Of a stretch of 64,000 nucleotides of DNA, positions 26,017 through 34,438 are shown piece after piece. Origin of the DNA: Anaerolineales bacterium. GTDB taxonomy: Bacteria; Chloroflexota; Anaerolineae; Anaerolineales; UBA11858. The notes beneath the pieces are model-generated. The model searched no databases. It saw nothing but the letters and a program-made list of their open reading frames with translations, and had not been told where the DNA came from. The translations under genes and the position numbers were made by a program. Every line of letters begins with the position of its first letter. Positions within the stretch are counted from its first letter, which is position 1. The stretch covers positions 13,038 through 77,037 of the forward strand of contig JBGCVQ010000051.1 in assembly GCA_045888315.1 (NCBI GenBank), read 5' to 3'.

Positions 26017-27567
26017 CTACTTGAAGCTGGCTTGGAATTCTGCCAGGAATCGGCCTTCCTCGAGCAGTTCTCTGACCGTATCGATTTCCGGACCCCAAAG
26101 AGTATCCCCAGCCTGGTAGGGGACATGCTGGCGGATGATGTGCTGGGCAGCCTGGGTTCCTTTGCCTGGTTGGAGGTCAGGATGCTCACGGAGGCGGAGA
26201 TCGATCGCCCTGGCTGCGGTGTAGAGTTCGATAGCCAACACCTGCCGGGTATTGGTGACGATCTCATAAGCATGCCGGGCAGCTGTCATCGCGTTTGCGT
26301 TGTGATCTTCTTGAGAGGCAGAAGTCGGCAAGGAATAGAGCGAATCCGGGCCTGCCAGCGCCCGATTCTCTAGCACCAGGGAGGCTGCCGTGTACTGAGG
26401 CATCATCATCCCTGAATTCAGCCCAGCTGACTGCCTGCTGTCAACCAGCATAGGAGGCAGACCATTATTGAGATTGCCGTCTGTCAGGCGGTAGATCCTG
26501 CGTTCGGATATACCGGCGATCTCTGCCAGGGCAATTCCCAGGAAATCCATCACCAGCCCGACAGGTTCACCGTGGAAGTTGCCGCCTGAAACCGCTTCTC
26601 TTTCAGGGAAGATCAGCGGGTTGTCAGTGGCAGCGTTGACTTCTCGGGCGATCACTGCCTCGGTGAAATCCAGCGTCTCGTAGACAGGACCGTGTACCTG
26701 GGGACTGCAGCGTAAGGAGTACGCATCCTGGACGTGGGGGGCTGAGCCGAGCAGTGTGCTGCCCTCCGTGAGGTTGCGGATCCTTTCAGCGAAGGCGATC
26801 TGACCGGGGTGTTGGCGGGATTCATGAATGCGGGCATCAAAAGCGCTGGAGATACCTGCCAATCCTTCTAGACTCAATGCCAGGGCGATCTCTGAAATGG
26901 ACAACAGCTGTCTGGCTTGCCAGCATACCAAGGCAGCAATGGCGGCGGAAAATGTTGCCCCGTTATTGAGAGCGATACCTTCCTTGGCTTCCAGGATCAC
27001 CCGGGCGATACCCGCCTTGTGCATCGCTTCTTGCCCTGTGAATACTTGACCTTGATACTCCGCAAATCCTGAGTGTTCAGCCAGGTCCTGTTCCCCTCTG
27101 GAAAGCACCAGCGCGAGATGGGACAGGGGAGCCAGATCTCCGGAGGAGCCCAAGGATCCCTGAGAAGGAATTCGCGGGTGGACACCTTTATTGAGCATCT
27201 CCAGAAGGGTTTCGATCAGGGAGAGGCGGACTCCCGAAAATCCCTTGGCGAGGGTATTGGCCCGGATCAGCATAGCAGCCCTGACAATATCCACCGGAAG
27301 TTCCGGTCCAGTACCCACGGCGTGGCTGAGGATCAGGTTCCGGTTCAAGATCCTGATTTCCTTGCTCGATATCTTGGAGTCCGCGAAAATCCCGAACCCG
27401 GTATTGATGCCGTAGACAGGCTTGCCTTGTTCAATGATCTCCTCTACCCAGAGGCGAGAACGCTCGATGTCCTTGATAGCAGTCGGCCGGATCACGACTT
27501 GCTCGCGATCGACCGCTGCTTGCTGGATTTCTGCAATTGTGAGGGAGTTCCCATCGATTTCGATCAT
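26017..27567 (-). CDS. hutH: Histidine ammonia-lyase family (HAL/PAL/TAL/aminomutase) enzyme
   Basis: YGINTGFG and GSLGSSGDLAPLSHL (MIO region, Ser-Ser-Gly here), NGATFS, QEDH. The hutH symbol is tentative because no hutU/hutI is nearby. Confidence 0.8.
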   Translation of the reverse strand: MIEIDGNSLTIAEIQQAAVDREQVVIRPTAIKDIERSRLWVEEIIEQGKPVYGINTGFGIFADSKISSKEIRILNRNLILSHAVGTGPELPVDIVRAAMLIRANTLAKGFSGVRLSLIETLLEMLNKGVHPRIPSQGSLGSSGDLAPLSHLALVLSRGEQDLAEHSGFAEYQGQVFTGQEAMHKAGIARVILEAKEGIALNNGATFSAAIAALVCWQARQLLSISEIALALSLEGLAGISSAFDARIHESRQHPGQIAFAERIRNLTEGSTLLGSAPHVQDAYSLRCSPQVHGPVYETLDFTEAVIAREVNAATDNPLIFPEREAVSGGNFHGEPVGLVMDFLGIALAEIAGISERRIYRLTDGNLNNGLPPMLVDSRQSAGLNSGMMMPQYTAASLVLENRALAGPDSLYSLPTSASQEDHNANAMTAARHAYEIVTNTRQVLAIELYTAARAIDLRLREHPDLQPGKGTQAAQHIIRQHVPYQAGDTLWGPEIDTVRELLEEGRFLAEFQASFK

Positions 27568-27617
27568 TCTTAGCCCTTCCGGAGATACTATTTCAATCTT
27601 TTCAGCGTTATCTGTAA

Positions 27618-28409
27618 TTACCAGGGCAGAGGATAATCCTGGCAGGGTTTTACGCCCTGGTCGATATATTTATACATGGTCACATTTGAAAAAGGCTCCC
27701 CAAGGATATTGTCATGGATTGCCCAGGAGCGCAGACGGATCTGTTTCTCTGCGCCTGGCTGGCGGAAAGTACTGCTGCCATCCAGAAGAGGCAGCAGATC
27801 GCCGTCCGTGGAAAAACCATCGTTGATCCGTTTCATCAGGCGCTTGCCGGATTGGTAGTGGAAATGGTAGCGCTCGAAAATGATCGCCACATGATAAAAA
27901 AGCGGCTCGACGAAGAATAGATCCTGTCCCATGCAAGCTACGAAACTTTCAAATTGCCGCAGGGTCTCTTTGAACAGGTGGGGTCCCCGGTAGATCTGTC
28001 CTGGCGCCAGGCCGGCCTTGAAGGCCAGTTCCTCGGCTTCCAGGTTGCGGTGGTCTGTCCCGAATCCCGTCTTGGTGCCATCTGGGAGGCGGTCCACGTT
28101 GAAGCGAGGCGATTCGACATCGTTCATCCCGTACAGAAGGATATGGAGCTGGCCGTTGATCGAATCTGCGATGTGCCCAAAAAGCACTGGATCAGATGCG
28201 CCGGCCTGGTGGTAAAGGGCGAGTTCGGCATCCGCTGCACCAGGCTGGCATTTCACCTTGAAAAGGTCACTGCCGTCCTGGTCCTTGAGATCGGGCTGGA
28301 TCTGGTACATATCCAGCAGTTCAGGCGGGATGATCTTGGCGTAGATCTCCCTTTTCTCTTGGGCAGGAAGTTGGTTTAGAGCACCGATAGTGGATGGAAA
28401 ACTCATCAT
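27618..28409 (-). CDS. Hypothetical protein (263 aa, no domain recognised)
   Basis: Long clean ORF with coding-like composition, 50 nt upstream of the HAL-family gene on the same strand. Confidence 0.6.
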   Translation of the reverse strand: MMSFPSTIGALNQLPAQEKREIYAKIIPPELLDMYQIQPDLKDQDGSDLFKVKCQPGAADAELALYHQAGASDPVLFGHIADSINGQLHILLYGMNDVESPRFNVDRLPDGTKTGFGTDHRNLEAEELAFKAGLAPGQIYRGPHLFKETLRQFESFVACMGQDLFFVEPLFYHVAIIFERYHFHYQSGKRLMKRINDGFSTDGDLLPLLDGSSTFRQPGAEKQIRLRSWAIHDNILGEPFSNVTMYKYIDQGVKPCQDYPLPW

Positions 28410-28437
28410 AAAGGACCTTCTGGTATGGTATCCCTTA

Positions 28438-28893
28438 TTAATAGCCTACGCCCTTGAGGTCTCTCTCTACCTGGCGCTGGGCATCCCGCTCGGCAATGTC
28501 CTTTCTCTTATCTCGGAGTTTCTTCCCTCGAGCGACTGCGATCTCGATCTTGGCTTTGCCCTGAGATAGATAAACTCGCAGAGGGATGATGGTATGACCT
28601 TTGATGCGGACTTTATCCCATAATTCGAGGATTTCCTTCTTGTGGAGCAGGAGTTTCCGGCGGCGCTTGGGATTGTGGTTGTAGAGGCTGGCCTGCTCGT
28701 AAGGGTGGATATAGGAATCGATCAGCCAGGCTTCTTCTCCATCGATGTGGACATAGGCTTGATCGATGCTGACCTGGTGATTGCGTATAGACTTAATCTC
28801 TGATCCCTGCAGAACAAGACCGGCTTCGTAGGTGTCCAGGATGTGGAAATTGAAATACGCCTTCTTGTTCTTGGCGATCGTTTTCCCGCTCAT
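28438..28893 (-). CDS. smpB: SsrA-binding protein
   Basis: IAKNKKAYFNFHILDTYEAGLVLQGSEIKSIR..KLLLHKKEI. The ORF is open to 28914. Confidence 0.9.
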   Translation of the reverse strand: MSGKTIAKNKKAYFNFHILDTYEAGLVLQGSEIKSIRNHQVSIDQAYVHIDGEEAWLIDSYIHPYEQASLYNHNPKRRRKLLLHKKEILELWDKVRIKGHTIIPLRVYLSQGKAKIEIAVARGKKLRDKRKDIAERDAQRQVERDLKGVGY

Positions 28894-28932
28894 GCGACCC
28901 ATTTTAGCACACATTGACTGGCAGGATGCCTG

Positions 28933-30000
28933 CTAGTCAATCACGATGCGGGTGCCGTAGCCGTTATTATGCCAATCGCAGTGATTGCGGTAAGGGGGGT
29001 CGTAGGGAGGATTTACCCAGCGGAAGAGCCACTTGGCGTCGCTGTTGCGCATGTTGACACAGCCGTGGCTCATCCGGTTGCCGAAATTATTGTGCCAGTA
29101 CGTGCCGTGGAAGGCTACTCCGGTCTCGTAGATGAAGAAAGAAGTCCAGGGAACACCGGGCAGCGTGTAGCTGCCGGGCGCTCCCGTGGCAACCACACCT
29201 CCCATATGTTTGGAAGGATATTTGGATGTGATGTAAAAAGTGCCCCGGGGAGTTGCTGTCGCGAACGGATCCCTGGGATCGACTTCCTTGTAACCCAGCC
29301 CAGAGGATACTTTTGTCTTGAAAACCAGTTTCTCGCCCTCGTAGGCGCTCAATTCCTGGTCGTTGAGAGATACCCGGATGTGTTTCTCTTCCGGGGGAAC
29401 TTGGATGCTGGTAGGTAGATATTCCACGTCCTGGACCAGCCGGAGGTGATCCCTCCTGACATGATAGGTCAAGGATCCGGAAAGCTGGGATGTCAGCTCG
29501 TACCAGTCGTTCCCATCAGGTCCTGGCTTGATACCAGTGATCCAGTGAGTGGTTTCATAATACAAGCGGTACTTCTTTGTCCAGCCCTCATATTCGCTGT
29601 AAGAATAGGCATCAGTGAATGGGACAGTGACCTCCGAGAGATTTCCGCATTCAAAGATCCTGTCGACCGGCTGATTCAAGCGGTAGCGGGTCAGCTGGAC
29701 ATAGACTCCTGGCAGGTAACCTCCCCAGACCCGGTACCAGGTTTGCGGGGGACCCTCCTCTCCCTCGACTTCCAACTTATAGTAAAGATTCAGAAGTTCA
29801 TCAAATGTCGTCTCCCGCACGATCTCGCTGTCTTCACTGGGCTCCTGGTGGATAGAGATCACCTTCTCGTCTGCAGCTATCCTGCCGATAACCCCAATGA
29901 TCCGATCGACCCCGTGCGCCGGGACCCAGGACCTGAATCCAGCACCCAGCAGGGAAAATAGGGATAACCTTAAGAAATCTCTCCGAGAAAACTTTGACAA
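28933..30000 (-). CDS. L,D-transpeptidase (YkuD domain) with Tat-type signal
   Basis: C-terminal HGTYWHNNFGNRMSHGCVNMR catalytic motif. The TTG at 30000 (GGGAGGG Shine-Dalgarno 6 nt upstream) gives MSKFSRRDFLRLSLFSLLGAG. The track ORF extends to 30303 but overlaps the divergent radical-SAM gene. Confidence 0.8.
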   Translation of the reverse strand: MSKFSRRDFLRLSLFSLLGAGFRSWVPAHGVDRIIGVIGRIAADEKVISIHQEPSEDSEIVRETTFDELLNLYYKLEVEGEEGPPQTWYRVWGGYLPGVYVQLTRYRLNQPVDRIFECGNLSEVTVPFTDAYSYSEYEGWTKKYRLYYETTHWITGIKPGPDGNDWYELTSQLSGSLTYHVRRDHLRLVQDVEYLPTSIQVPPEEKHIRVSLNDQELSAYEGEKLVFKTKVSSGLGYKEVDPRDPFATATPRGTFYITSKYPSKHMGGVVATGAPGSYTLPGVPWTSFFIYETGVAFHGTYWHNNFGNRMSHGCVNMRNSDAKWLFRWVNPPYDPPYRNHCDWHNNGYGTRIVID

Positions 30001-30108
30001 ACTCAACCCTCCCAAGCAAATTCTACTCAAGTCCAGTACTGATAGCAAGCAGACGGATGGCAGTAGTTTAGGACCTGTCCCGGTATAATACCATCGAAAG
30101 GGGAAGAG

Positions 30109-31023
30109 ATGATGAATACCCAACCATCCTATCTGGAATTGCTTCAGGGTGGAACCCTGGCTGAGAAAGCTGAAGAGATTGCTGGGCGTTTGGGGTGCTG
30201 CGATCTCTGCCCCCGGGAGTGCGGGGTCAACCGCTTGAATAACGAGGTCGGAAGCTGCGGGATCGGCAGCTCTGCTTGGGTCAGCAGTTACGGGCCGCAC
30301 CATGGCGAAGAGGATCCCCTGCGCGGGATTTATGGTTCAGGAACGATCTTTTTCAGCGGCTGCAATTTGAGCTGTCTATACTGCCAGAACGCGGATATCA
30401 GCCAGCAGCGCACTGGGTATCCCGTCAGCCCTACTCAGCTGGCTGGGATCATGCTTGAGATCCAGGCTATGGGCTGCCATAACATCAACCTGGTCTCCCC
30501 GACCCATGTAGCAGCCCAGATTGCCCTGGCTTTGGTGCTGGCCGCGGAAAAGGGCCTGACCCTGCCCCTGGTATATAACTCAGGGGGCTACGACTCTCTT
30601 TCCACTCTGTCCTCCCTGGAAGGGATGATCGATGTCTATATGCCGGATATGAAATACAGTACACCGGAAGTTGGAGCTCGTTATTCGGGGGTGGAGGATT
30701 ACCCCCAAAGAAACAGGGCAGCTGTCCTGGAAATGCACCGCCAGGTGGGGGATCTGATGCTTGATGAGAGCGGCATAGCTCTACGGGGATTATTGATCAG
30801 GCATTTGATCCTACCTGATGATTTGGCCGGCTCGCAGCGGACTCTGGCTTTCATCGCTCGGGAGATCTCCCCCGCAACTTATCTGAACATCATGGACCAA
30901 TACCGGCCGGCTCACCGGGCTGGCCGCTATCCGGAACTGGTCCGAGGGATCACGAAGGCTGAATATCTTGAGGTCATCGGTCAGGCAAAGGGTCTGGGAT
31001 TGACGAGGTTGGATCGAGGGTGA
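30109..31023 (+). CDS. Radical SAM protein, PflX-like (pyruvate formate-lyase activase homologue)
   Basis: CDLCPRECGVNR N-terminal motif and CNLSCLYCQN radical-SAM cluster motif. Confidence 0.75.
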   Translation: MMNTQPSYLELLQGGTLAEKAEEIAGRLGCCDLCPRECGVNRLNNEVGSCGIGSSAWVSSYGPHHGEEDPLRGIYGSGTIFFSGCNLSCLYCQNADISQQRTGYPVSPTQLAGIMLEIQAMGCHNINLVSPTHVAAQIALALVLAAEKGLTLPLVYNSGGYDSLSTLSSLEGMIDVYMPDMKYSTPEVGARYSGVEDYPQRNRAAVLEMHRQVGDLMLDESGIALRGLLIRHLILPDDLAGSQRTLAFIAREISPATYLNIMDQYRPAHRAGRYPELVRGITKAEYLEVIGQAKGLGLTRLDRG

Positions 31024-31092
31024 TCGGATATTTCAACCAGCTGTCTCACGGCCCGGCAAGCGACATTGACACAAAGACGAAGAAGCTGGCAG

Positions 31093-31101
31093 ATGATATA
31101 A
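31093..31101 (+). promoter_or_regulatory. Candidate extended -10 (TGATATAAT) upstream of yebC-ruvC
   Basis: TGnTATAAT lies 76 nt upstream of the yebC ATG. The TTGACA at 31066 is 24 nt away, so it is not a canonical -35 partner. Confidence 0.4.
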
Positions 31102-31176
31102 TAGCTTCAACTTGGACTGACTAAAAAAAACTCTATCTACTGCAGGGGACAAGTCTGCTCTTTTGGGAGGAGTTGT

Positions 31177-31926
31177 ATGTCCGGACATTCAAAATGGTCG
31201 ACCATTAAGCATAAGAAAGCCCAGGCGGACGCCCGCCGGGGAGCCGAATATACCAAACTGGCACGCGAGATCCAGATCGCTGCCAGGGAAGGCGGCGGGG
31301 ACCCAGAAACCAACTTTAACCTGAGGTTGGCGGTCGACCGTGCTAAAACCGCTAACATGCCCAACTCGAATATCGACCGGGCTATCAAGCGGGGAACAGG
31401 AGAGGACCGAGATGCTGCAGAAATGGAGAAAATCCTCTATGAGGGTTACGCTCCTCATGGAATTGCCCTGCTGTTGAACTGCATCACGGACAACCGCAAT
31501 CGCACAGTAGCAGCGATCAGGCACGTGCTGACAAAACATGGGGGCAGTATGGGCTCGGAGGGATCGGTCTCCTGGCAGTTCACCCGAAAATCCTTCTTCA
31601 CCATCCCGGCTGAGGATGCATCGTTTGATACCCTGTTCGAGATCGCAGCGGAGTCTGGCGCAGATGACGTCGTTGAAGACGATGAGTATTTTGAGATTGT
31701 TGGACCAGTCGCTGCCTTCAAGACCATTCATGACAAGCTGAAAGCTGCTTCTATCAATTCCGAGACTTCCGGGCTGCGGATGGACCCCAACCAGGAAGTC
31801 GAGTTGGATCTCGAGAAAACTCTCCAGGTGATGAGGGTCATTGATACCTTGGAAGAGCTGGATGATATCCAGGCTGTATACACCAATTTGCGAATCACGG
31901 ATGATGCCCTGGAAGGATTCGAGTAG
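31177..31926 (+). CDS. yebC: YebC/PmpR-family transcriptional regulator
   Basis: MSGHSKWSTIKHKKAQADARRG N-terminus. Confidence 0.9.
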   Translation: MSGHSKWSTIKHKKAQADARRGAEYTKLAREIQIAAREGGGDPETNFNLRLAVDRAKTANMPNSNIDRAIKRGTGEDRDAAEMEKILYEGYAPHGIALLLNCITDNRNRTVAAIRHVLTKHGGSMGSEGSVSWQFTRKSFFTIPAEDASFDTLFEIAAESGADDVVEDDEYFEIVGPVAAFKTIHDKLKAASINSETSGLRMDPNQEVELDLEKTLQVMRVIDTLEELDDIQAVYTNLRITDDALEGFE

Positions 31927-31930
31927 GTGC

Positions 31931-32440
31931 ATGTCTGAACCGCGCACGGTCATTGGCATTGATCCGGGTACGGCGATCACCGGTTACGGTGTCATACGAG
32001 AAGAAGGTTCAGGTGATCTGGCTTGGATTACTCACGGCGTGATCACCACTCCCAGCGATTGGGATGAGCCCCAGCGGCTGTTGTTCCTTTACCAATCCCT
32101 GCTGCAAGTGATCAAGGAATCCCAACCGGACTGCTGCGCGGTAGAAAAGCTCTTTTTCCAAAAGAATGTCAAAACTGCGTTGAAGGTGGGTCAGGGCAGG
32201 GGTGCAGCGTTGATCGCCGCCGCAGAAGCGGGCCTTGTGATCGGTGAGTATACTCCACTGGCAGTCAAGCAGGCAGTAGTCGGGTATGGTAAGGCAGACA
32301 AGAACCAGGTCCAGCAGATGGTCAAACTGCTGTTGAATTTGAACGATATTCCCCAACCGGATGACGCAGCAGATGCCCTGGCTGTTGCCATTTGCCACCT
32401 GCATTCAACCAGGCGTGACCGGCAAACTCAACATGATTAA
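31931..32440 (+). CDS. ruvC: Holliday junction resolvase RuvC
   Basis: VIGIDPGTAITGYGVI..AVEKLFF..DAADALAVAICH. The ATG at 31931 is 5 nt after the yebC stop. The ORF is open from 31841. Confidence 0.9.
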   Translation: MSEPRTVIGIDPGTAITGYGVIREEGSGDLAWITHGVITTPSDWDEPQRLLFLYQSLLQVIKESQPDCCAVEKLFFQKNVKTALKVGQGRGAALIAAAEAGLVIGEYTPLAVKQAVVGYGKADKNQVQQMVKLLLNLNDIPQPDDAADALAVAICHLHSTRRDRQTQHD

Positions 32441-33698
32441 CCCAGATCTATTCCTGAGATTCGGCGTGGCCTTGCTGATCGGAGTCTTGATCGGCTTGCA
32501 GCGCGAGCACGCTTATGGAGGGCAGAAGAAGGAAGGCCTCTTTGCTGGCGTGCGCACCTTTGCCCTGATGGCGCTATTTGGCTGCAGTGCTGCATTGGTA
32601 GGACAGCTGCTGGGAGCCCCTTGGGTCTTTCTGGGCTTGGTCTTCTTGCTGGGCATCATGGTGATCGTAGCCTATTTCATCACAGCTACGGAGCGGGAGG
32701 AGATCGGCCTGACCTCCGAGGTCGCAGCCTTGCTGACGATCCTGATCGGCGGGATCAGCTACTTGCACTCGGTCGAGTTTGCTGCCGCACTGGGAGTTGC
32801 CACCACCGTGGTGCTGGCTGTGAAATGGGAGATGAGGCGGCTGATCGACGTCATCACCCGCAAGGATCTGATCGCGACCCTGCAGTTCGCTGTGATCACT
32901 GCCATCGTGCTGCCGATCCTTCCAAACCAGACCTACGGTCCTCCTCCGATCAACGTCCTTAACCCCTACCAGATCTGGAAGATGGTGATATTTATCTCAG
33001 GGATCAATTTCCTGGGATTCATCCTCATCAAAATTGTTGGACCCCGACGCGGCTTGGGGATCAGCGGCGTCTTGGGCGGGTTGGCTTCCAGCACTGCAAC
33101 CACGATGAGCTTTTCGCAGCGGAGTAAAACCCAGGAGGATTTTGCCAAACCCTTTGCGGTTGCCATTATCATCGGCTGGGTGATCATGTTCTTACGGATC
33201 ATCGTCGAGGTTGCTGTTGTCAATGGCAGCTTACTTCCCAGTGTCTGGCCGGCGATGGCGGCCATGGGCCTGGCTGGCTTGATCTATGCGGTTTACCTCT
33301 ACCTTTCCCAATCAGCAACCGATGATGGGGAACTGCAGTTATCCAATCCCTTTGACCTTGGACCTGCCATTAAATTCGGGTTGATCTATGCCCTGGTGTT
33401 GCTGGTGACCAAAGCTGCCGAGATGTATATTGGGGAAAGCGGCATTTACTTGACCAGTTTTTTCGCGGGACTGGCTGATGTCGACGCCATTACCCTGTCG
33501 ATCTCGGACCTGACCCGTGAGGGTGGTACCATTGGACTGTCCACTGGCAGGATTGCTGTCATCCTGGCAGCCGTTTCAAACACGATCACCAAAGGATTGC
33601 TGGTGTTTTTCCTGGGATCAAGGAATATCAGGAAGCACATTCTTCCTGTGTTATTGGTCATGCTAGCAATAGGTATCGCCTTTATATTATTCTTTTAA
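32433..33698 (+). CDS. MgtC/SapB-family plus DUF4010-like polytopic membrane protein
   Basis: LLIGVLIGLQRE MgtC-type N-terminus and about 12 TM helices. Its ATG overlaps the ruvC stop (ATGATTAA). Confidence 0.65.
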   Translation: MINPDLFLRFGVALLIGVLIGLQREHAYGGQKKEGLFAGVRTFALMALFGCSAALVGQLLGAPWVFLGLVFLLGIMVIVAYFITATEREEIGLTSEVAALLTILIGGISYLHSVEFAAALGVATTVVLAVKWEMRRLIDVITRKDLIATLQFAVITAIVLPILPNQTYGPPPINVLNPYQIWKMVIFISGINFLGFILIKIVGPRRGLGISGVLGGLASSTATTMSFSQRSKTQEDFAKPFAVAIIIGWVIMFLRIIVEVAVVNGSLLPSVWPAMAAMGLAGLIYAVYLYLSQSATDDGELQLSNPFDLGPAIKFGLIYALVLLVTKAAEMYIGESGIYLTSFFAGLADVDAITLSISDLTREGGTIGLSTGRIAVILAAVSNTITKGLLVFFLGSRNIRKHILPVLLVMLAIGIAFILFF

Positions 33699-33708
33699 GA
33701 GCTGAACT

Positions 33709-34284
33709 ATGATCGCTAGTATTGAAGGTCACGTCACTTATCTGGGGGATTCCTACCTGGTAATCCAGGTGGGAGGGATCGGCTACCAGGTCCATGTGCC
33801 TGCCTTTCTAGTCAGTTCGCTGAGACCGGGTGAAAAGATCTCATTGTTCACTCAGCTGATCGTCCGTGAGGACTCGCTGACTCTGTATGGATTTCGGGAC
33901 CAGGAAGAGGTCGAACTCTTCCAGGAACTGATCCGGGTCAATGGCGTGGGCCCGCGATTAGCGTTGGAGACCTTGTCTACGCATTCAGTGGATGTGCTCA
34001 AGCGGGCTGTTCTGAATAAACAGGAAGAGGTATTCGCCCAGGTTTCCGGAGTAGGTAAAAAGACGGCTCAAAAGATCATCCTGTCCTTGGAGGACCGGAT
34101 CACCTTTGGCGAGGAACACCGTATCTCTCCCGAAAGTGCTGGTATCAACGATGAGGTCCAGGAAGCACTGGTCAGCCTGGGGTATTCGATCCTGGAAGCC
34201 CAGGCAGCGTTGCAAACCATACCGGAGGAGGCCCCTCTGGACCTGGAAGCCCGGTTGACGATTGCTCTCAGGTTCTTCAGCTGA
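33709..34284 (+). CDS. ruvA: Holliday junction DNA helicase subunit RuvA
   Basis: MIASIEGHV..VGGIGYQVHVP..LYGF..LIRVNGVGPRLAL..VSGVGKKTAQKI. Confidence 0.9.
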   Translation: MIASIEGHVTYLGDSYLVIQVGGIGYQVHVPAFLVSSLRPGEKISLFTQLIVREDSLTLYGFRDQEEVELFQELIRVNGVGPRLALETLSTHSVDVLKRAVLNKQEEVFAQVSGVGKKTAQKIILSLEDRITFGEEHRISPESAGINDEVQEALVSLGYSILEAQAALQTIPEEAPLDLEARLTIALRFFS

Positions 34285-34438
34285 ACGTGTTTTGCTGGAC
34301 AATCTGGACAGTATCAGTTATCATCTTTTTCGATTGTAAACGGTCGCTGGAAATGATCAGCCCTGCGAGTTTGGCGAGTATCCAACCTGCCTGGGACCAG
34401 CGCTTTTTAATGTTGTTCTCAATCACAGCGGAGGTATC

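Noticed and set aside
28410-28932. Looked for a tmRNA (ssrA) gene next to smpB.
   Set aside because: The flanking intergenic spaces are only 28 nt and 18 nt, so there is no room for a ~350-nt tmRNA.
31066-31101. TTGACA ... TATAAT pair upstream of yebC, considered as a canonical sigma-70 promoter.
   Set aside because: The spacing is 24 nt, far from 17±1. I kept only the TGnTATAAT extended -10 as a candidate.
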